Source of the DNA: Opitutia bacterium KCR 482
GTDB taxonomy: Bacteria; Verrucomicrobiota; Verrucomicrobiia; Opitutales; Intestinicryptomonadaceae
Reading direction: 5' to 3'
Assembly: GCA_029269845.2 (NCBI GenBank)
Contig: CP149973.1
Coordinates: 1,230,001-1,262,000 of the forward strand
Length of the DNA stretch: 32,000 nucleotides
This document shows positions 23,961-31,293 of the stretch, one piece after another (the stretch's first letter is position 1; each line of letters opens with the position of its first letter). Below the pieces are notes generated by a model. It saw nothing but the letters and a program-made list of their open reading frames with translations, made no database searches and was not told the DNA's origin. The position numbers and the translations under genes are program-made.

Positions 23961-25352
23961 TCACTCGCGTTTTTTCTCGGTAATGGGCAGCATTTGACCG
24001 CGTCTGAAAAGCGTAATCTGCCCCGTGCTCGACGAAACCACAAGCGAAATGCAGTTCGCCATGAGCGAAATGGAATACGCCGCCGCGTGGCGCGCGCCCA
24101 GCCCGCCGGGGAGCTGCAACTTGAAGTCGGGCGTGTGGATTAGCGAGCCGGCCGACTCCAAAATTCCGCCGCCGTCGATGATAAACGCGCCGTCGATGAG
24201 AGAATACTCCTTTACGGTTTCGTCCATGAAAGGGTTTAGAATGTTTCGGTCTTCGGGTTTGTAGCCGTAGAACGGGTTTAGAATCAGCTGTTTGATGTGC
24301 GGTTTAAGCTCGGCAACGTCGCCGATAACGAAGATGCAGCCGACGGGCTTGCCCTCGCGCCCCTCCACCGAAAGCTCCGTCGCAATGTCTATTACGCGCT
24401 CAATTACTTCGGGCTTCACGCCGTCGGGCAAAAGGTTTTTCTGCCCGATGAAAATGTCGGAGTATTCCTTTTCGATGTCGAGGATTACGATAGTGTCAAT
24501 CTTGTCGCTTTCGAGAACGCCGCCGATACAGCAGATTTTCTCCTTCACGCCGAAGATTCCGCGCGTGATTCCAATCATCAACGCGCTCCTCAACTGCGAA
24601 AAGCGCGACTTCGAAAACGCCCTGACGTTCACGAGCTGCCACGACGGCGGAATCGGAAGCGTCGGGTTGTCGCTCACCACCACCACCCGCGAGCCGCCCA
24701 AGACTTTTGAGAGGTCGGGGAAGTTTTTGAAAGTGTCTCCCTGCACGAGAATCGTGGAGCAATTCGAAACTTTTGCGATTTTCACCGCCGAGCGCATGAT
24801 GAGGTCGTTTGTTTTTACGACCTCCGAAAGTTTTTTGCGCAACTCGCGCGTGGGCTTGTCGGTCTTCGACGAGTCTCCGCCCGACTGCGGCTTGCCGAAA
24901 ATCCCCGAAACCGCCGTCCTGAACGAGGACAAATCCTTTGCGCTTTTTATGCGCAGGGCCGCCTCGGAATCCGCCGAAAAGATTTTCGCGAACATCGAAA
25001 GCGTGTCCATGTACGATTCCACATGGTCGTTCGACAGCAGCAGGAACACCATGCAAAGCCGTTTCGGCTCTTCATTGTCCCTGATTTTCACGGGGTTTTC
25101 GCAGCGTCCCGCCGCGATTACATATTTTTGTTTAAGCCCCTCCACGCGCATGTGCGGCATGCAAATTCCGCTTTCGAGATACGTCGAGATTGCGTTCTCG
25201 CGCTCCACAAGCCCCTGCATGACGGCGTTTCTGTCCGCCGAACCCAGAGCGGAGTCGGGCACGGCGGCGAGAAGCTCGGTCAAAACGCCCCTGAAATCGA
25301 CGCTCTTTACGTCGATTATTCTGGATTTTTTGAGGAATCTTGCGAGCTGCAT
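23961..25352 (-). CDS. Soluble three-domain protein: PTS EIIA type-2 (Ntr-like) domain, PK_C-like middle region, C-terminal diadenylate cyclase (DisA_N/DAC) domain
   Basis: 463 aa. EIIA-2 His context 'SGICMPHMRVEG' (His67). DAC motifs 'PVGCIFVIGD', 'LIDGAFIIDGGG', 'GLGARHAAAYSIS', 'LVVSSSTGQITLF'. No TM segment. Its start lies 3 nt after the nuoA stop. Confidence 0.8.
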   Translation of the reverse strand: MQLARFLKKSRIIDVKSVDFRGVLTELLAAVPDSALGSADRNAVMQGLVERENAISTYLESGICMPHMRVEGLKQKYVIAAGRCENPVKIRDNEEPKRLCMVFLLLSNDHVESYMDTLSMFAKIFSADSEAALRIKSAKDLSSFRTAVSGIFGKPQSGGDSSKTDKPTRELRKKLSEVVKTNDLIMRSAVKIAKVSNCSTILVQGDTFKNFPDLSKVLGGSRVVVVSDNPTLPIPPSWQLVNVRAFSKSRFSQLRSALMIGITRGIFGVKEKICCIGGVLESDKIDTIVILDIEKEYSDIFIGQKNLLPDGVKPEVIERVIDIATELSVEGREGKPVGCIFVIGDVAELKPHIKQLILNPFYGYKPEDRNILNPFMDETVKEYSLIDGAFIIDGGGILESAGSLIHTPDFKLQLPGGLGARHAAAYSISLMANCISLVVSSSTGQITLFRRGQMLPITEKKRE

Positions 25353-25355
25353 GCG

Positions 25356-25742
25356 TTAGTTCGACTTCGGAATGTTCCAGTTGAGGGCGTCTTTTTTGAC
25401 TTCGTAGAAAAGCCCCGCCGCCATGAGCGCAATGAAGAACATCACGGGAAGCGCAACCGGCAGTTTCTCCGAAACGAGGTCGGGATACGCCATCGCCAGC
25501 GGAAGCATGAAGACCACTTCGATGTCGAACACCACAAAAAGCATTGCAACCAGATAGAACCTCGCCCCGAAGCGCGGGTGCGGTATGCCTTCGGGCGCGT
25601 TGCCGCATTCGTATGCCGAATCTTTTACGGCGTTCGTTTTTGCGCGCTGTCCGAAAATGTGGCTCGCCGCGACAATCGCCGCGCCCATTCCGACCGCGAC
25701 CACGATTTGCACCAATACGGGTATGTATGAAACCGGTTCCAT
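25356..25742 (-). CDS. nuoA: NADH-quinone oxidoreductase subunit A (ND3 family), not followed by nuoB..N
   Basis: 128 aa with three TM segments. 'DSAYECGNAPEG', 'RFGARFYLVAMLFVVFDIEVVFMLP', C-terminal 'GLFYEVKKDALNW'. This is a close match to the canonical NuoA pattern. Confidence 0.88.
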   Translation of the reverse strand: MEPVSYIPVLVQIVVAVGMGAAIVAASHIFGQRAKTNAVKDSAYECGNAPEGIPHPRFGARFYLVAMLFVVFDIEVVFMLPLAMAYPDLVSEKLPVALPVMFFIALMAAGLFYEVKKDALNWNIPKSN

Positions 25743-25846
25743 ATGTCTAAAAAGTCTTCACAGCGGCGTGTGTTTGTCAAATATTTTACTCCAAAAAGGT
25801 TGAAGGGGAAGCGGGCTGTTGTTTTATTGTTCGGCAAAAAATCGCA

Positions 25847-28060
25847 ATGGCGGACAAAATTTTAACCGACGCGCTGAAAAAATACTTCGGGCACGACTCT
25901 TTCAGAAGCCCGCAGGACGAAATCGTCGCGTCGATTTTGTCGGGCAGGGACACGCTTGCAATCATGCCCACGGGCGGCGGCAAAAGCCTCTGCTACCAGC
26001 TGCCCGCAATGCTGCTCGACGGCATAACGCTTGTGGTTTCGCCGCTAATCGCGCTGATGAAAGACCAGGTGGACGCGCTGGCCGCCCGCGGCATTCCCGC
26101 GGCGATGATAAACAGCTCGCAGACTTGGGAACAGCAGTGCGAAGTGCTTGCGGCTCTCGAACGCGGCGAGCTGAAACTTGCGTACGTCGCGCCCGAAAGG
26201 TTCAGGGCGCAGTCGTTTTCGCGGGCGTTGGGCAGGGTGAAAATAGGCCTGTTCGCGGTGGACGAGGCGCACTGCATAAGCCAGTGGGGGCACGACTTCC
26301 GTCCCGACTACATGCGGCTCGGCGAGACGCTCGACAGGCTCGGACGCCCCGTGTGCGCGGCGTTCACGGCGACGGCAACCCCCGAAGTGAAGTCGGACAT
26401 CGCCGAACAGCTCAGACTGCGGGAGCCGGCCGTGTTCGTCTCCGGCTTCGCCCGCCCCAACCTTTCGTTCAACGTGAGGGAGGTTTCGAGCAAGGCGGAA
26501 AAATTTACGCGGATTTGCGGGCTGATAGACAAATACAAGTCGGGCATAATCTACTGCGCAACGCGCAAGAGCGCGGAGGCTCTGTCGGAATCGCTCTGGC
26601 GCGACGGCGTAAGGCACACGCTCTACCACGGCGCAATGACGCCCTCGGAGCGCGACATCGCGCAGGAGGATTTCATCGGCAAAAAGACCGACGTCGCGGT
26701 CGCCACAAACGCGTTCGGCATGGGAATCGACCGCCCCGACATCAGGTTCGTCTGCCACTACGAGCTTCCGGGGAGCGTGGAGGCTCTATATCAGGAGTCG
26801 GGACGCGCGGGGCGCGACGGCGGAGAGTCGTACTGCGAAATGCTGCTCATGTACGCCGACAAGCGCGTTCAGGAATTTTTCATAGAGGGCGCAAACCCAG
26901 ACCTGCCTTTCATTCGCAACACATACCGCGTTCTGCGCGAAAACGCCGACAATGCAAACGAGTGCTTCATGCCGATAGACAATATTGCCGAAGAAGTCGC
27001 CGACATCGCGCGGTTTTCGGGCGGGAGAAAGACGCCGCGCGGGAAATTCGGCGGGAGCGGCGCAAACTCCATGGCGGTTTCGAGCGCGATTTCGATTTTG
27101 CGCAGGTACGGCTTCATCGAACGCTTCGACGTTCCGTCGTCGAGGGTTCGCGGCACGCGCCTGCTAAGCCCCGACGCCGACGAAACGGCGGTCGTCTTCC
27201 CCGACGGCATGCTCGAAGAAAAGCGGCGGCGCGACGAATCAAAGCTCAGGGACGTCCTGCGCTACGCGTACTCAAAGGAGTGCCGCCAGCGGTGGATTCT
27301 CAAATACTTCGGAGAGCGCAGCGACGAGCCTTGCGGCAAGTGCGACGTCTGCCGCGAAGCCCCGCAAACGCAGGTTTTTGAAACGCTGCCCGAATACGAA
27401 CTTACGGAAGTTCGCAAGGCGTTGAGCTGCGTGGCGAGAATGTCGGTAAAAGTCGCCCCGCGCGAATGGCGGCCGCGCTTCGGGCGCGAGAAAATCGTGA
27501 AGTGCATGCTCGGCAGCAAAGACGAAAAACTGCTCTCGGCGGGTCTCGACAAGCTTTCGACATACGGAATCCTCAAAGAGCACGGAACAAAATTCTGCTC
27601 CGAGCTGTTCTCGCGCATGATTGAAGCGGGGCTTGTGGAAATTTTCGACGGCGAATACCCGCTCGCGGGGCTTACGGACTTCGGGGTGTCGGTAATGCTC
27701 GGCGAAGTCTCGGAGCTTAAAATGCAGTATCCGCGCTGGGTGTCGAAGACGGGACGCGCAAAAATTCTCGCCGAAAAGAAGTCGGGCGGAGGCAAAGCCC
27801 GCGCAAAGAATGCTTCCGACTCCCCCGAACTTTCGACCGACGACCAAGCCCTCTACGACGCGCTCGCAAAAGTAAGGCTCTCGCTCTGCGCGCGCATGAA
27901 GATTCCGCCGTTTAGAATTTTCACCAACGCAGTCCTCCGCCAGATGGCGGAACAACGCCCGCAAACGCGCGAGGCTGCGCTCGAACTTAAAGGCGTGGGA
28001 GAGTCGAACGCGCGTTTTCTTCCGCGTTTCCTTGAAACCGTGTCGAAATTTGCCGATTAA
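25847..28060 (+). CDS. recQ: ATP-dependent DNA helicase RecQ
   Basis: 737 aa. 'FRSPQDEIV...AIMPTGGGKSLCYQLPA', 'FAVDEAHCISQWGHDFRPDY', 'ATNAFGMGIDRPDIRFVCHYELPGSVEALYQESGRAGRDG', Zn motif 'CGKCDVC', C-terminal HRDC 'LYDALAKVRLSLCARMKIPPFRIFTNAVLRQMAE'. Confidence 0.93.
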   Translation: MADKILTDALKKYFGHDSFRSPQDEIVASILSGRDTLAIMPTGGGKSLCYQLPAMLLDGITLVVSPLIALMKDQVDALAARGIPAAMINSSQTWEQQCEVLAALERGELKLAYVAPERFRAQSFSRALGRVKIGLFAVDEAHCISQWGHDFRPDYMRLGETLDRLGRPVCAAFTATATPEVKSDIAEQLRLREPAVFVSGFARPNLSFNVREVSSKAEKFTRICGLIDKYKSGIIYCATRKSAEALSESLWRDGVRHTLYHGAMTPSERDIAQEDFIGKKTDVAVATNAFGMGIDRPDIRFVCHYELPGSVEALYQESGRAGRDGGESYCEMLLMYADKRVQEFFIEGANPDLPFIRNTYRVLRENADNANECFMPIDNIAEEVADIARFSGGRKTPRGKFGGSGANSMAVSSAISILRRYGFIERFDVPSSRVRGTRLLSPDADETAVVFPDGMLEEKRRRDESKLRDVLRYAYSKECRQRWILKYFGERSDEPCGKCDVCREAPQTQVFETLPEYELTEVRKALSCVARMSVKVAPREWRPRFGREKIVKCMLGSKDEKLLSAGLDKLSTYGILKEHGTKFCSELFSRMIEAGLVEIFDGEYPLAGLTDFGVSVMLGEVSELKMQYPRWVSKTGRAKILAEKKSGGGKARAKNASDSPELSTDDQALYDALAKVRLSLCARMKIPPFRIFTNAVLRQMAEQRPQTREAALELKGVGESNARFLPRFLETVSKFAD

Positions 28061-28114
28061 AAAAAATCGACAAACACAACGGTTTTAATACCGTACAAAA
28101 CAGAAAGGTTCGAC

Positions 28115-28279
28115 ATGGATAAATACAAATGCGAAGTCTGCGGCTATGTCTACGACCCCGCCGTCGGCGACCCCGACAACGGCGTAGACGCGGGCACTCC
28201 GTTCGAAAAGCTCCCCGAAGACTGGGTCTGCCCCGTCTGCGGAGTCGGCAGGGACAGCTTCGCGAAAGTCGGAAAATAG
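28115..28279 (+). CDS. Rubredoxin (54 aa; absent from the supplied ORF track)
   Basis: Manual translation gives [54 protein letters not shown]. Both CxxCG knuckles and the '[14 protein letters not shown]' core are present. SD-like GAAAGG lies upstream. The stop is 3 nt before the FDP start. Confidence 0.9.
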   Translation: MDKYKCEVCGYVYDPAVGDPDNGVDAGTPFEKLPEDWVCPVCGVGRDSFAKVGK

Positions 28280-28282
28280 AAT

Positions 28283-29458
28283 ATGGAAAAAATCGCGGAA
28301 GGAATATTCTTCTGCGGAACATGCGACAGGCAGCGCAAAATTTTCGACCAGCTTGTCCCGCTTCCGCAAGGCACTACATACAACTCATACCTCGTCGTCG
28401 GCGCGGACAAAACCGCGCTCATCGACACAACCTACGCAAAGTTCGAAGACGGATACCTCGAAGCCATCGCGGCGTCGGGAGCAAAGATAGATTATATCAT
28501 TTCGAACCACGCAGAGCCCGACCACAGCGCGGCGATTCCAGCCCTGCTAAAAATCCACCCGAACGCGGAGGTCTACTGCACGGCGAAATGCGCCGAAAAC
28601 CTGCAAAACATGCTCGGCGTCCCCGCCGACAGAATCCGCGCTGTTTCCGACGGGCAGGAGCTGCCCCTCGGCGGCAAAACGCTGAGGTTTATGCCCGCTC
28701 CGTGGGTGCACTGGCCCGACACAATGCTGACATACCTCGAAGAAGACTCCATGCTTTTTACATGCGACTTTTTCGGCGCGCACTACACTTCTAACGGGCT
28801 TTTCGCCGACCTCTCGCCAGAGCTCGCCGAAGCGGCAAAACGCTACTACGCGGAAATCATGATGCCGTTCGCAAACTTCTGCGCAAAATACCTCGCAAAG
28901 GTGAAAGAGCTTTCCCCGAAGGCGATTCTGCCGAGCCACGGGCCGATTTACGCCGGCAAAGACTCGGTAGAATTTATCGAAAACCTCTACGAAAAATGGA
29001 CGGGCGGAAGCTCCGCATGCAAGGCGGTAATAGCCTACGTTTCGATGTACGACAGCACAAAACTCATGGCGGACTACCTCGAAAACGCGCTCGCCTCGCG
29101 AGGGGTGCAGGCGGTCAAGGCCGACCTCATGGAAAGCGACGAGGGCGAACTCGCCGAACAGCTTGTGGACGCGGCGGGAATCGTCTTCGGCACTCCGATG
29201 GTGCTCAACGGCCCGCACCCGAAGTCGGTCTACCTTGCGTACATTGCAAACATTCTGCGCCCCAAGCTGAAATTCACGGCTGTGTTCGGCTCGCTCGGCT
29301 GGGCGGGCAAGCTCGACGCGCCGATTGACGCAATGTTCACGCAAATCAAGCCCCAAAAGCTCGAAACCGTTGCGGTAAAAGGCCGACCGACACCCGAAGA
29401 CTTCAAGCGGCTCGACGCCCTTGCCGACGCAATCGCCGCGATTACAAAACCGCAATAG
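28283..29458 (+). CDS. Class-A flavodiiron protein (FprA/ROO type: metallo-beta-lactamase-like plus flavodoxin domains)
   Basis: 391 aa. 'GTTYNSYLVVGADKTALIDT', di-iron ligand motif 'IISNHAEPDHSAAIPALL', 'CDFFGAHY'. The C-terminal flavodoxin-like half contains 'AVIAYVSMYDSTKLMADYL' and 'GIVFGTPMVLNGP'. Confidence 0.9.
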   Translation: MEKIAEGIFFCGTCDRQRKIFDQLVPLPQGTTYNSYLVVGADKTALIDTTYAKFEDGYLEAIAASGAKIDYIISNHAEPDHSAAIPALLKIHPNAEVYCTAKCAENLQNMLGVPADRIRAVSDGQELPLGGKTLRFMPAPWVHWPDTMLTYLEEDSMLFTCDFFGAHYTSNGLFADLSPELAEAAKRYYAEIMMPFANFCAKYLAKVKELSPKAILPSHGPIYAGKDSVEFIENLYEKWTGGSSACKAVIAYVSMYDSTKLMADYLENALASRGVQAVKADLMESDEGELAEQLVDAAGIVFGTPMVLNGPHPKSVYLAYIANILRPKLKFTAVFGSLGWAGKLDAPIDAMFTQIKPQKLETVAVKGRPTPEDFKRLDALADAIAAITKPQ

Positions 29459-29481
29459 CGCAGGTCAAAAAATACCCGAAC

Positions 29482-29517
29482 GCGGAAGAACGCAATTTGC
29501 GCTTCCGCTTTTTTTTT
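29482..29517 (+). terminator. Rho-independent terminator of the rubredoxin-FDP unit
   Basis: Stem GCGGAAG (29482..29488) with CTTCCGC (29502..29508), followed by 9 T (29509..29517). Confidence 0.8.
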
Positions 29518-29543
29518 GCGCAATCAAGCAAAAGGCAATACGC

Positions 29544-29572
29544 AAAAAAACGCGCGGAGAAAACCCGCGCGT
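29544..29572 (-). terminator. Rho-independent terminator of the GH28-like gene
   Basis: Stem CGCGCGG (29551..29557) with CCGCGCG (29565..29571) and a 7-nt loop. On the minus strand it is followed by 7 T (plus-strand A-run 29544..29550). It sits 41 nt after the stop at 29613. Confidence 0.7.
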
Positions 29573-29612
29573 TCGCGTAAAACTTCGCATTCAAAGCGTC
29601 CGAAACGCCGCC

Positions 29613-31085
29613 CTACTTTATCGAAACTCCCGATGTGTTGTTTTTGCCGAGCTCGAAATGCTTGTAGTCCGCGCCGATTTTTTCGCCGAAGTATTCGAAG
29701 TTTTCGAGGCTCAGGTTTTTCACGAACGAATTTTCGTCGACGCCGTCGATGAAAATCGTCCCCTTGAAGTCGCCCTTTTTGCCGTACACTTTGAAGTTTT
29801 TAAGGGAGCAGTCGAAAACCTTGCCCGCCTTGTCGGAGTCGGCGTGTATTGTAAGCTTGATTTTGCGCGGATTGGCAATAAGCATGCACATGTCGTTCCC
29901 GTTCGAGCGCACGGTGATGTTTTCGAAGGAGACGTTGCGCATGGGCATGGCGTTTGCCGCCTGCAACCAGATTATGCCCTTCGACCAAAATGCCCGCGGG
30001 TCGCGGCAGTTGACGGCGTAGAACGGCACGTCGATGTTGCGCACTTTGATGTCCGCCATTTCCGACGCGGCGCACTCGAAGCCGATTCTGAAAATGTTGG
30101 CTATGTCCGTCCAGAACAGGCAGTTTTCTATCGAGATATTTTTGCACGGCAGGAACGCGCCGAACGCAGGCTTTCCCGAAATCACCGTGCCTACGGTGCT
30201 CTCCGCGCCGCCCATTCCCTTGACGGCGATGATGTCGTCCTGGGCGCGGGCGAAGACGTTTTTAATGGAGACGTCGGAAGTGTTGCAGAGGTCGATTGCG
30301 TCGTCGTTAATCATGCGCGAGGCGCAGAGCTTTACGTTGTCGATTTCCACGCCTTTGCTCGACCGCACGACGAACATCCAGCCCGACGGGTCTTTGCAGA
30401 CGATGTCGCGCACGGAGAGGTTTTCGCATTTGTCGAAGTCGAGCATGTTGCCCGTGCTGAAACGCTCCGACAGCTCGCCGCTCAAAATTCCGCGCCCGCG
30501 AACGGAGATGTTTTTGCCCGTCGCCCGAAGCCTCGACTTCACGACAGCCCCGCCCGCGATGTACAGCGTCTGGTTGTCGGAAAGCTTTATTTCGTCGGGA
30601 GTGTGCACGCCCGCGCCGAAGTACACAACGTTTTTGTCGCCCGCTTTCGGCGCGTCCTTTTCGAGCGGATTGCCGAAGATTACAAGCGGCATGTTGCGCT
30701 CGTCGCGAATCACGACCGCGCTGAACGGCGGCTTTGCGACGTCGAAAACAATCCTGTTCTTTTCCGAAACTTTCGCCTTTATTCGGTTCGGGAACAGCTC
30801 CGCCTTGTCGAGGGGCTTGGCGGATTTCACGGTAATTTCGGCGTCGCGGTCGAAATCGAACATCGCAAAGTAGTACTCGCCGCCCTCGAACTGCGGCGAC
30901 AACGCCTTGTAAATATCCACATTCTTTCCGTTGACGCTCACACTCCAGCTCGTCCGCGCCTTTTCCGAAGCGGGCGCGGGGTAGGTTATTACTGTCGGCT
31001 CGGATTTTGCGCACGCGGCAAACGGCAAAACGAACAGCGCGGCAAGCGGCGCGAAGAGTTTTGTTAACATCATTTTTTTCATCAT
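29613..31085 (-). CDS. Beta-helix glycoside hydrolase lipoprotein, GH28-like (family assignment tentative)
   Basis: Start placed at ATG 31085, with GGGAG 9 nt upstream. Lipoprotein signal 'LAALFVLPFAA|C'. Beta-helix turns with Asp motifs 'RMINDDAIDLCNTSDVSIKN' and 'ARAQDDIIAVKG' resemble GH28 catalytic motifs. Confidence 0.75.
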   Translation of the reverse strand: MMKKMMLTKLFAPLAALFVLPFAACAKSEPTVITYPAPASEKARTSWSVSVNGKNVDIYKALSPQFEGGEYYFAMFDFDRDAEITVKSAKPLDKAELFPNRIKAKVSEKNRIVFDVAKPPFSAVVIRDERNMPLVIFGNPLEKDAPKAGDKNVVYFGAGVHTPDEIKLSDNQTLYIAGGAVVKSRLRATGKNISVRGRGILSGELSERFSTGNMLDFDKCENLSVRDIVCKDPSGWMFVVRSSKGVEIDNVKLCASRMINDDAIDLCNTSDVSIKNVFARAQDDIIAVKGMGGAESTVGTVISGKPAFGAFLPCKNISIENCLFWTDIANIFRIGFECAASEMADIKVRNIDVPFYAVNCRDPRAFWSKGIIWLQAANAMPMRNVSFENITVRSNGNDMCMLIANPRKIKLTIHADSDKAGKVFDCSLKNFKVYGKKGDFKGTIFIDGVDENSFVKNLSLENFEYFGEKIGADYKHFELGKNNTSGVSIK

Positions 31086-31293
31086 ATAATTCACTCCCTG
31101 TATTTACATTCAATTTGTTGCTCAAAAAATAAATTCAGACGCGCAAAGGAAAGTCAATAGCGTTTTGCGCGTTTAAAGCGGTTCGGAATACTGACGGCGC
31201 GGCGCAAGGATTGCCCTAAAACCCGCCGTTCTCGCGGAGATTTTTTGCGTTTGCCGTTGTCCGATTTTTTCGTTTCGGCAAAGCGGAGTTCCG

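Noticed and set aside
25819-27381. 520-aa ORF off-frame within recQ
   Set aside because: Arg-rich artefact. The recQ frame contains all helicase motifs.
29421-31067. 548-aa plus-strand ORF antisense to the GH28-like gene
   Set aside because: No motifs and typical antisense composition. It would also run straight through two terminators.
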